A DNA stretch of 32,000 nucleotides from Balneolaceae bacterium (GTDB lineage: Bacteria > Bacteroidota > Rhodothermia > Balneolales > Balneolaceae), in contig JAXMOK010000001.1 in the NCBI GenBank assembly GCA_034669965.1, forward strand, positions 814,194 through 846,193. Reading direction: 5' to 3'. Each line of letters begins with the position of its first letter. Position 1 is the first letter of the stretch. Positions 8,342 to 16,325 of the stretch are shown here, one piece after another. A model generated the notes under the pieces. That model worked only from the letters and a program-made list of their open reading frames with translations, ran no database searches and had not been told where the DNA came from. The position numbers and the translations under genes are program-made.

Positions 8342-10144
8342 TTATTCGAAATTCATTTTTGGCCACGTTCGCAACATAAAGTAAATACAGAGCCCGAAAA
8401 TTCCTCCAAAAATTTGCCCCATTCCCCAATCGCCATACACAAAATAGCCAATCGAGAATAGTGCTGAGTATATTCCAATACTACCTAAAAATACATTTAA
8501 CAAGCTCACAGGAAGATCCCAGGTTACATCAGCTAACTCAATTTCTTCATCGAGTTTACGAGAGTGAGTGGTTACTCGCTTCCAACCTGGGCCACCGGGA
8601 TGTACTTTTTTATAAAAATCAATCAGCACTTCCATCGACTCTGGCTTAGTTACATAGGTTGCAACTATCCAAACAACAGTGGTTATAAAAACTGCGATAA
8701 GTAATTTTATGGTTGCACCATCGATTAGATTTGTGGCAACTGATTCATCAGGAACCCAAAAAACAAGTACTACCGCCACAATGGTAGCTGAAACCATTGC
8801 TGTAATTTCTGTCCAAGCATTAATACGCCACCAAAACCAACGGAGCAGATAAATAGCCCCCGAACCTGCTCCGGAAAGCAGTAAAATATTAAACGCCTGG
8901 CTAGCATTTTCTAACACGGTTAACGCAAGTATGGCCGAGAAAATCATCAACCCAACCGTTGCAATTCGCCCTGTTTTTACTAGCTCTTTTTCGGTTGCTT
9001 CGGGGCGAATGAATCGGCCGTAAAAATCGCTAACTAAATAAGAAGCACCCCAATTTAGATGAGTACTTATGGTAGACATAAAAGCCGCGATCAACGAGGC
9101 AACTACCAAACCGAGCCAACCAGGTCCAAGCTTAGTAAGCATTACAGGGTAGGCGATATCATGCCCCAGATATTGATCTGCAATATTTGGAAACTCTTGT
9201 TTGATGCTCATCAAATCTGGATAAAGCACCAACGACCCTAATGCTACGATGATCCACGGCCAAGGACGAAGAGCGTAATGAGCTACATTAAAAAGTAAAG
9301 TTGCTCCCATTGCATTTTTTTCGTCTTTCGCTGCCAACATACGTTGGGCAATATAACCTCCGCCACCGGGTTCCGAGCCAGGATACCACACTGCCCACCA
9401 TTGCACTGCAATTGGTATAATAAATAAGCTGATGAGAATTGATGGATTTGACACATCTGGCATAAAGCTAATCTTATCTATTACATTTGGGTGGCTAATC
9501 AAATTTGAAAGGCTACCAATTTCGGGTTCTTGGATAACTACATAAGCGGCATAGACGGCCCCAAACATTGAAATGCCAAATTGAAAAAAATCAGCCCAGA
9601 TTACTCCTTTTATTCCACCAAGAGCAGAGTAAAGCACTACAATAATCGACAGAGAGATCACAATTGTAATAGGCTGTAAGCCAAACATGATGGATCCTAT
9701 TTTGATAGCCGCTAGCGTAACTGTTCCCATAATCAAACAATTGAACAACACTCCTAAATACAACGCTCTAAACCCTCTTAGAAAAGAAGCAGCTTTGCCT
9801 CCATAGCGCAGCTCGTACATACCTAAGTCGGTGGTTAAATTTGACCGCCGCCATAGTTTAGCATAAATAAATACGGTAACCATTCCTGTTATTAAAAATG
9901 CCCACCATGCCCAATTATTTGCTACGCCATTTTCTCGGACAAGCCCGGTTACCAAATTGGGTGTGTCGGCAGAAAAGGTTGTAGCAACCATTGAAATACC
10001 TAGTAACCACCATGGCATACTTCTGCCGCCCAGAAAAAATTCGTTTGCACTTTTACCTGCAGATTTAGAAGCCCACCAACCTATTATCAATAGAAATGCA
10101 AAGAAAAGAAGGATGATCCCCCAATCTATGTGAGATAAAATCAT
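8342..10144 (-). CDS. Sodium:solute symporter (SSS/SLC5) family transporter
   Basis: 600 aa with more than 12 hydrophobic segments. The N-terminal FFLGGRSMPWWLLGISMVATTFSADT is characteristic of SSS-family permeases. It is the first gene of the operon at 5038-10144. Confidence 0.8.
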   Translation of the reverse strand: MILSHIDWGIILLFFAFLLIIGWWASKSAGKSANEFFLGGRSMPWWLLGISMVATTFSADTPNLVTGLVRENGVANNWAWWAFLITGMVTVFIYAKLWRRSNLTTDLGMYELRYGGKAASFLRGFRALYLGVLFNCLIMGTVTLAAIKIGSIMFGLQPITIVISLSIIVVLYSALGGIKGVIWADFFQFGISMFGAVYAAYVVIQEPEIGSLSNLISHPNVIDKISFMPDVSNPSILISLFIIPIAVQWWAVWYPGSEPGGGGYIAQRMLAAKDEKNAMGATLLFNVAHYALRPWPWIIVALGSLVLYPDLMSIKQEFPNIADQYLGHDIAYPVMLTKLGPGWLGLVVASLIAAFMSTISTHLNWGASYLVSDFYGRFIRPEATEKELVKTGRIATVGLMIFSAILALTVLENASQAFNILLLSGAGSGAIYLLRWFWWRINAWTEITAMVSATIVAVVLVFWVPDESVATNLIDGATIKLLIAVFITTVVWIVATYVTKPESMEVLIDFYKKVHPGGPGWKRVTTHSRKLDEEIELADVTWDLPVSLLNVFLGSIGIYSALFSIGYFVYGDWGMGQIFGGIFGLCIYFMLRTWPKMNFE

Positions 10145-10252
10145 AAAACCCGATTAATTAATGCGAGGGAATATGGCAGGAAGTAACTTAAAAGGAAAGA
10201 TAAGATTTGAAAATGAAGGCTGGTCAATAAATCACGGATCAGGCTGTTAATA

Positions 10253-10786
10253 TCAGCGGTTAAACTCTATTTCTGCTAATGCTTTCAATATCCCTTTTTT
10301 TATACCGGGACTTAAAGAATTCAGATATTGAGGTTGTGTAATAGCTTCAAGTTCGTTGTGTAATTCAGGATATTTACTCACCATTTCCAAGATATTTTCG
10401 ATTGCTACATACCTAACCGATGATTGCTTACCCACCGACTCCCAAATTGATACGCTGATATCATAAAGCACACTTTCTTGATCATTTGTAAGCTCCAACA
10501 TTTGAAGTAATTTAATCAATTCTCTTTGGTGGCCATCCTCTTTTTTAGGTAAAACCTGCAGAAACCGATCTATATAAGGGATTGCTTGTGCATCATTTTT
10601 ATCCATCGCAGATCTTGTTACCCAAGCCGCTCTCCAACACATTGGTGGTTTATTGGTTAAGCATATCGGTAAAATTTGTTCTATTAATTCCGGATATTCT
10701 CGAATTGTTTGAACTGCTTTCGTCTTAAAATATTTTGAAAGTAGTAGTTCTAAAGGTGGTTGATCCGACATTTGCACGATGTTCAT
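10253..10786 (-). CDS. Hypothetical cytoplasmic helical-repeat (HEAT/ARM-like) protein
   Basis: 177-aa ORF with an ATG start and no signal peptide. The composition looks all-helical. A vague resemblance to DNA-alkylation-repair/HEAT-like proteins is not enough to name it. It lies downstream of an intrinsic terminator, so it is probably its own transcription unit. Confidence 0.5.
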   Translation of the reverse strand: MNIVQMSDQPPLELLLSKYFKTKAVQTIREYPELIEQILPICLTNKPPMCWRAAWVTRSAMDKNDAQAIPYIDRFLQVLPKKEDGHQRELIKLLQMLELTNDQESVLYDISVSIWESVGKQSSVRYVAIENILEMVSKYPELHNELEAITQPQYLNSLSPGIKKGILKALAEIEFNR

Positions 10787-10852
10787 TGATTGATCAATAA
10801 AACAGATTAATGCTTAAAATAAAACGATCTGCTATCAAGACTTTGACATAAT

Positions 10853-10882
10853 AAAAAAGCCTTACTTTCCAGTAAGGCTTTT
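10853..10882 (-). terminator. Rho-independent terminator closing the 10.9-19.3 kb operon
   Basis: Perfect 10-bp stem AAGCCTTACT (10857-10866) / AGTAAGGCTT (10871-10880) with a TTCC loop. On the minus strand it is followed by TTTTTTAT. Confidence 0.75.
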
Positions 10883-10958
10883 GGGGTCATCTATCAATAT
10901 GGCTCGCACAATCAAAAAAGCGAGCCTTGGGGGGTATTTGGGTTCTTAATAAAGTCTG

Positions 10959-11117
10959 TTATGGTTGTTCTTTTAGATCTTCGATACAATCAACCGAATT
11001 CAGTAAATCTGAAACCATCATTCTTATTCCGTTATAGATATAAAACTTTGCTTCAGGATATTCCTCTAATAACATCTCTAACTGCATCATAATATTTCGA
11101 ATGTCTCTTTCCATCAT
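10959..11117 (-). CDS. Small ORF (52 aa), hypothetical acidic helical protein
   Basis: Below the ORF-track size cutoff. Minus-strand ATGATG at 11117, TAA at 10961-10959. Product: MMERDIRNIMMQLEMLLEEYPEAKFYIYNGIRMMVSDLLNSVDCIEDLKEQP. A GAGAGGG SD-like element lies 4-5 nt upstream of the ATG. It sits between the receptor gene and the terminator. Confidence 0.4.
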   Translation of the reverse strand: MMERDIRNIMMQLEMLLEEYPEAKFYIYNGIRMMVSDLLNSVDCIEDLKEQP

Positions 11118-11204
11118 CTGGCCCTCTCAGTAATTTTGTTTCTTCCACCGTACCTCATATTTATCGGTCGAAATCTGAACTGTTAATTACAACTAGCGTG
11201 CCAA

Positions 11205-14132
11205 TTATATTTTTACTCGAAGAGACCCTCCGAATCTTCGTGCACCGGGGCCGGTTAAGTACTCAAAACCTAGATTGTTAACACCTCCTCCATTCGAGTT
11301 TACGTTAGGATCGAAGCCCGTTCCCTCCGGAATATTGTACATTTTCAGAAAGGCATTTTCTACCGAAACGGAAATAATTACCTCTTTTAATCCCGTTTTT
11401 TGTATCCAGTTTTGTGGAATTTGATACGAAAACCCAATGTGTGCAATACGTAAATGAGTCATGTCGTATACTCTAAGCTCATCAGGACCGAACCCTAGAT
11501 TATTGAAGTAATATTGCTGTTTACTAATTTCGATTTCGTTAGGTGAGCCATCAAATTGAACCCCTTCAATTATAAAAGATTCATCCCTGTCTAATGTTGA
11601 AGTAACCAAACCTCTTCCCACCAACGACCCAATCCACGAGCTGTACATGTCGCCACCTTGTTGATAATCAACTTGTAATGTGATAGACAGATTCTTGTAA
11701 TCGAATTGTTGAAGTACAGCAAGGTTCCAATCAGGAACTGGGTTTCCGATAATTGAATTTTGATCGGTGATGTAATTTCCGTTACCGTCGATTATAGGCG
11801 TTCCAATGGGTACGCCTCGCATATTCGGATCTGCTTGTTGCATTTCACGAGTTACTCGCAAAATTGTACTTCCATACATGCTTAAATATGGTTCATTTAT
11901 TTGCGCCAAATTTCCTCTGAATCCTTGACTATGCCCTAACTGAATGGCATTAAATGTACCTGTGTATTCTTTTACATCGGCTTTAGAAGTGCTGAAATTA
12001 GAAGTAATTTGCCAATTTACTTTGCCTTGTACAGGAATAAGTTGGGCTTGAGCATCCAAACCTTCTACTTCCATTTCAAGGAGATTATCTAATATTGAAC
12101 TGTAACCTAAATTCGGATTTACAGCAATCCTCGAAATTAAATCGGTATGAACGCGATTGTAATATTTAAACGATAGCAAAATACGGTTATTCAAAAATCC
12201 TATGGTTGAAGCCCATTGTTTTTCTATGGATCGCTCGGGCTTTAAGTTTTCATTAAAACCAACACTAGCTCGATCTTGAACAAGTATTTCAAGTTCAGTT
12301 AAGATTGATCTCCCTGAAGTCAGATAGGAGTATGAAATATCGAAGTAACTGAATAACTCAGTTCTTGTTGAAAACAATTGTGTTGGGGTAAGTCCGATTG
12401 TTACTGATGGATAGGTAGCTTCCAAATCCTGTTGTTGTAACGATTGATTCCACTGTTTTCGTAACCCAAATGAGCCATAAACCCATTGGTTGTATTTGAT
12501 ATCTAGCGAAGCAAATGCTCCGAGTGAACGCCGTTCAAAATCTCTTTCCATCAATTCGCTAGTAAATGAGTTTGTTGAACTTTGTACTCGAAAATTATCA
12601 TGATCAAACACTCCAAACTCTCTTATATCTGTACTTTCGAGACCTTTTTCATTTATATTTTCACTAATATAATGGGCTCCCAAATTAATCTCCGTCATCA
12701 AGCTTTCAGAGAAATCAGGTCGGATTTTTGCAATAGCAAAATTATCAAGAAGCGTTCTATCAACTTCTATTGTTTGAAATAACCCAAGTGTATAAGGGAA
12801 ATTAAATGTACCATTCGGATTAAGTTTGTACTCTTGATTTTCGTCGTAGCTATCAAAAGTATATTTGTAGTAAAATTCAAAAATATCAGATGGCTTAAAT
12901 GAGAGTGCTGTTTTACCAAGTATTCTATTTGTCTCGTTCGTTGTTGATGCATTATTTACGAACCATTTAGGGTGTATGATATCTTGGCGGTAATACAGGA
13001 ATCCATCGTTATCAGGATTAACATTTGGCATATCTAAATCGATAGACCGCGGCGTAAAAAATAGATAAGTGAAAGCGCCGGTTGTAGCCCCCCCTTCTAC
13101 AACGCCACTCCCGCTCCCCGCCGATTGTGGTGGCATTTTAACATCGGTGAATAAAAACTGAACGCTTGAGTTACCACTTACTTGATTTGTAATTTGATAA
13201 TTCGCCGATGTGCCAAAACTGTTTTTAAGTATAGAGTTGTTTGGAGTGAATCCATCTTCTTGATTTCCAGAGTAATTAAAACTCCACGAAGTTTTTCCCT
13301 TCTTGTAATTAACATCAATGAAAGAACGTGTTGCTATACCATTTCTGAAATATGATTCGATAGGCGTATTTTTGGCTTCATATCGATAAACCTGGGTTGA
13401 ATAATCTGGTGCATCATTTGAAGTAAAATTGTAATACCCATACGGATGATCTACCAGAACTGTACCGTCGTCATCAAGACCATTGTAATTCGATGGAAAG
13501 TTTGCTGGGTCTTGACTGTCAAATGAAGCGCCCCACGTACTATAAAAAGCCCCGTATTGTTCATTAAACCCAATACCATATTTATTTTGATAATCCGGTC
13601 TACTCGATATTGAAGTTGAATAAACACTCTGATCTATGTTGATCTCCAATCCTTCGTTAATCTGCTGTTTTGCTCCTCTGATGGTGTTGATTTCAATCAC
13701 ACCATTCGTTGCTTCTTCGCCATAAATAATTGTTCCTTGTAAAGAGCTAAGTACACGTACATCAATAATTTCAGATGGATGTATATCAAATGATCGGTTT
13801 GGGGTTACTAGAGTTCCTCCTCCGTTAAATGCTGTACTGTTAAAGTTACTAGCACCATCAAAACGAATTCCATCAATAATTATAAGAGGGTCGCTAGAAG
13901 CATTTAAACTCGAATAACTTCGAATAACTGCATTTGTACCTGTACCGGAAACTCCTCCAGTTGCAGTAATTTTTAATCCGGGAGCAAGACCTGACAAAAC
14001 CCTTAGGAAATCAGCTTGGGATACAGATTTAGAAGTGATGATATTTGTTGAATCAGGAAATGATTGAGATTGTACCTGATTAATTCCGAAAAAGAGAAGT
14101 AAAAGCGAAAGTAGATATTTTTTCATAGGCAT
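11205..14132 (-). CDS. TonB-dependent receptor homologue, SusC/RagA-like outer-membrane beta-barrel (plug plus barrel)
   Basis: 975 aa. Signal peptide MPMKKYLLSLLLLFFGINQVQSQ. Plug-domain signature LSGLAPGLKITATGGVSGTGTNAVIRSYSSLNASSDPLIIIDGIRFDG ... IIDVRVLSSLQGTIIYGEEATNGVIEINTIRG, compared with SusC as I remember it. A long beta-rich C-terminal region follows. There is no CarboxypepD_reg N-domain and no susD-like gene downstream. Confidence 0.8.
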   Translation of the reverse strand: MPMKKYLLSLLLLFFGINQVQSQSFPDSTNIITSKSVSQADFLRVLSGLAPGLKITATGGVSGTGTNAVIRSYSSLNASSDPLIIIDGIRFDGASNFNSTAFNGGGTLVTPNRSFDIHPSEIIDVRVLSSLQGTIIYGEEATNGVIEINTIRGAKQQINEGLEINIDQSVYSTSISSRPDYQNKYGIGFNEQYGAFYSTWGASFDSQDPANFPSNYNGLDDDGTVLVDHPYGYYNFTSNDAPDYSTQVYRYEAKNTPIESYFRNGIATRSFIDVNYKKGKTSWSFNYSGNQEDGFTPNNSILKNSFGTSANYQITNQVSGNSSVQFLFTDVKMPPQSAGSGSGVVEGGATTGAFTYLFFTPRSIDLDMPNVNPDNDGFLYYRQDIIHPKWFVNNASTTNETNRILGKTALSFKPSDIFEFYYKYTFDSYDENQEYKLNPNGTFNFPYTLGLFQTIEVDRTLLDNFAIAKIRPDFSESLMTEINLGAHYISENINEKGLESTDIREFGVFDHDNFRVQSSTNSFTSELMERDFERRSLGAFASLDIKYNQWVYGSFGLRKQWNQSLQQQDLEATYPSVTIGLTPTQLFSTRTELFSYFDISYSYLTSGRSILTELEILVQDRASVGFNENLKPERSIEKQWASTIGFLNNRILLSFKYYNRVHTDLISRIAVNPNLGYSSILDNLLEMEVEGLDAQAQLIPVQGKVNWQITSNFSTSKADVKEYTGTFNAIQLGHSQGFRGNLAQINEPYLSMYGSTILRVTREMQQADPNMRGVPIGTPIIDGNGNYITDQNSIIGNPVPDWNLAVLQQFDYKNLSITLQVDYQQGGDMYSSWIGSLVGRGLVTSTLDRDESFIIEGVQFDGSPNEIEISKQQYYFNNLGFGPDELRVYDMTHLRIAHIGFSYQIPQNWIQKTGLKEVIISVSVENAFLKMYNIPEGTGFDPNVNSNGGGVNNLGFEYLTGPGARRFGGSLRVKI

Positions 14133-14177
14133 TTTAGCTTCAATAACTGAAGCGACGACAGTTTAGTGCCTTGAAAA

Positions 14178-14870
14178 TTAGTTAGAAGCTACTTGATAAT
14201 AAATACGTACAACAATTCTTCTATTCAATGCTCTGTTTTCGATAATATTTCCACCCTCTTCATCAACATGAGGAACTACAGGTTTTGTATCTGCATATCC
14301 TGACGCTTTCAACCTCTCTGCCTCAATGCCTTCTTCGATAAAGTATTTTACTACGCCAGATGCTCTGGCAACAGATAATTCCCAGTTAGAAGGATAGATG
14401 GGGGTGTTGATGGGTACGTTATCTGTGTGACCTTCAACATCAACATTGAACTTATAAAAATCCAGTTCGTTCATTGCCTGTGTAACTTTATCTATAATTA
14501 CCTGACCAGAAGGTAATAATTCAGCCTCGCCCGATTGGTAAAATGAACTACTTGAAAAGTATAGTTTGATCCCGTCACGATCGAGGGTAATATCAACCAA
14601 GCCTTGAGTTTTTTCAACAGCTAACAACGAATCCAAATCTGCTTTAACTTCTGCTAGTGGCGTACGAACATCTTCTTGTTTAGAAATCTCAGAACGTAAA
14701 CCTTGCTTCATCTGCTCCCAGAGATTTAAATCAACGTAAGACACAGCAATTAACATTGCAAAGAACGCGAGTAACAGGGTTATCATATCACTATAAGTGA
14801 GTAACCATTCTTGGTCCTCAACATGCTCTTCCTTTATATCAGAATTTCCGCCGTATTCGCGTTTTATCAC
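14178..14870 (-). CDS. MotB/PomB-like stator subunit with C-terminal OmpA-like peptidoglycan-binding domain
   Basis: 230 aa. GTG start at 14870, preceded by AGGAGG 7 nt upstream. Single TM WLLTYSDMITLLLAFFAMLIA carrying the conserved proton-accepting Asp (residue 28; compare E. coli MotB D32). OmpA_C motifs GHTDNVP...NWELSVARASGVVKY...GYADTKPV...NRALNRRIVVRI. Confidence 0.85.
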   Translation of the reverse strand: MIKREYGGNSDIKEEHVEDQEWLLTYSDMITLLLAFFAMLIAVSYVDLNLWEQMKQGLRSEISKQEDVRTPLAEVKADLDSLLAVEKTQGLVDITLDRDGIKLYFSSSSFYQSGEAELLPSGQVIIDKVTQAMNELDFYKFNVDVEGHTDNVPINTPIYPSNWELSVARASGVVKYFIEEGIEAERLKASGYADTKPVVPHVDEEGGNIIENRALNRRIVVRIYYQVASN

Positions 14871-14883
14871 CGGAAGCCTCCTG

Positions 14884-15702
14884 TTAGTCTGCTACTTGCT
14901 TATTCTTGAAATCTCTTCTTAAATAAGTACTTAATTTATCCTGAATGTAGAAGGATGATTTTTTATCGTTGATCAACAAAATACCTTCGAGAATAAAATA
15001 CTCACGAAACCGGTTAAGTTGAGCTACATTTTTAATCTTCTCGGCAACCGGATAGAAAATAAACCGCGCCAATGATATCCCGTACAGTGTGGTTATCAAT
15101 GCGGCTGCTAATCCCGGCCCCATTCCAGAAGGATTTTCGAGTTGACCAAGCATAACAATCAAACCAAATAAAGTACCAAACATACCAAACGAAGGTGCCG
15201 CAGCTCCCATAGCACGGAGAACATCAACTACTACCAGTTGTCGAAAATATTGCTCTTCAATATGATTAGATCCAAACGACTTGATATCTTCGCTCGAATA
15301 ATTCGTACTCAATAAAGAAAACAAATAACCGGATACCTCACCTATATGCTCGTCTTCGAGTTTGGAAAGCGCAGATACGCGATTATTTTTAATCTGATCG
15401 TTCCAAACAAGCATTTCACCTAAATCAGATTCTAAGGTTTTGGATGATGTTTTAGCTTGGCTAAATAAGTAAAGCAATCCTGCAAACGCTTGCCCAACAT
15501 ATTTTGGTTGATAGGTTATAAACACTGCATTTAGAATACCTCCCATCACTATAAATAAACTTGGAAGGTTTAAAAAGGTGTATTGCGATAGAAAAGGGAT
15601 GGAATTTAAAACGTTTGTAACACTGGTGATTTCGGTAACCCCGAAAACCAGAATTCCTACACTAAAAAGTACCCCTAATATATTTGTTAACGAAAGTCTC
15701 AT
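14884..15702 (-). CDS. MotA/PomA-like stator subunit (MotA/TolQ/ExbB proton-channel family)
   Basis: 272 aa with flagellar-MotA topology: 2 TM, a ~100-aa cytoplasmic loop, 2 TM and a cytoplasmic tail. AAAPSFGMFGTLFGL and ALITTLYGISLARFIFYPVAEKI carry prolines at residues 170 and 218 (compare E. coli MotA P173 and P222). An ATGA overlap links it to the upstream gene. Confidence 0.85.
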   Translation of the reverse strand: MRLSLTNILGVLFSVGILVFGVTEITSVTNVLNSIPFLSQYTFLNLPSLFIVMGGILNAVFITYQPKYVGQAFAGLLYLFSQAKTSSKTLESDLGEMLVWNDQIKNNRVSALSKLEDEHIGEVSGYLFSLLSTNYSSEDIKSFGSNHIEEQYFRQLVVVDVLRAMGAAAPSFGMFGTLFGLIVMLGQLENPSGMGPGLAAALITTLYGISLARFIFYPVAEKIKNVAQLNRFREYFILEGILLINDKKSSFYIQDKLSTYLRRDFKNKQVAD

Positions 15703-16325
15703 TGTCCACCGTCCTCTCGTAGTTCATTAATTAATGTTTCTAATTCCGGAATACTTGGTACAGGAATATTCGGATCCATCTGTACGGCTTTATTCCAATT
15801 TGCCCGAGCTGCAGTAATATTCTCCATCATAAAAAAGATAGTCCCTTTAAGTGCATACGCGTCGGCTGTTTCTTGAATCCTCATCGTTTTTTCAACTTCG
15901 GCTAATGCGTCGTTGTATTCTCCCAAATAAAATAAATCCTGTGCTTTTCTATAACTCGCTAACAATGTTTGTATGTCTCGAGCACGGTTTTTAACTAACG
16001 ATGAATCAACTACAATGATTGAATCGGATTCCGTTGGAGTCATACCTTTCAGATCTAAATAGAATTCATCTTGGCTAGGGTCAAGGGTTACCTGAATAGC
16101 AGAACTTGCATTTCGATAGGTTACGATAACTGGGTTTGGTCGCCTAGTTTCATTTTCCGATTCAGCAGAATTCGAATTACTACTCAATTCCGGAATCGCT
16201 TGAATACCGTTCTGCGGCTCTTCTTGAGCCGCTTCAGATGACTTACAACTATAGCCTGCCATAGCAATCAAAGTCACTAATAGTATTGATTTAAAATCTA
16301 ACAACCGCGTGCACACCATATCCAA
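15699..16325 (-). CDS. TPR-repeat lipoprotein (periplasmic)
   Basis: 208 aa. The track start at 16325 is TTG, and the first ATG is at 16319. N-terminus (M)VCTRLLDFKSILLVTLIAMAGYSC looks like a lipoprotein signal. A low-complexity linker follows, then a TPR-like region (DLFYLGEYNDALAEVEKTMRIQETADAYALKGTIFF...ANWNKAVQMDPN). It overlaps the upstream gene by about 29-35 nt. Confidence 0.65.
   Translation of the reverse strand: MDMVCTRLLDFKSILLVTLIAMAGYSCKSSEAAQEEPQNGIQAIPELSSNSNSAESENETRRPNPVIVTYRNASSAIQVTLDPSQDEFYLDLKGMTPTESDSIIVVDSSLVKNRARDIQTLLASYRKAQDLFYLGEYNDALAEVEKTMRIQETADAYALKGTIFFMMENITAARANWNKAVQMDPNIPVPSIPELETLINELREDGGQ

Noticed and set aside
10901-10926. A second hairpin, GGCTCGC-(12 nt)-GCGAGCC, upstream of the operon terminator.
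   Set aside because: The stem is 7 bp with an A-rich 12-nt loop and no flanking U-run on either strand. I cannot assign a function. It is noted only as part of the unexplained 3' region discussed with the small ORF.
14178-15702. Whether the MotA/MotB pair is instead ZorA/ZorB of a Zorya anti-phage system, or ExbB/ExbD or TolQ/TolR.
   Set aside because: ZorA proteins are much longer, with a long C-terminal tail, and are accompanied by ZorC/ZorD or ZorE genes. None is present here. ExbD/TolR lack the OmpA-like C-terminal PG-binding domain seen here. ExbB/TolQ have three TM helices without the flagellar-type four-TM plus large-loop layout. The co-encoded FliG-like protein also argues for a Mot-type interface.
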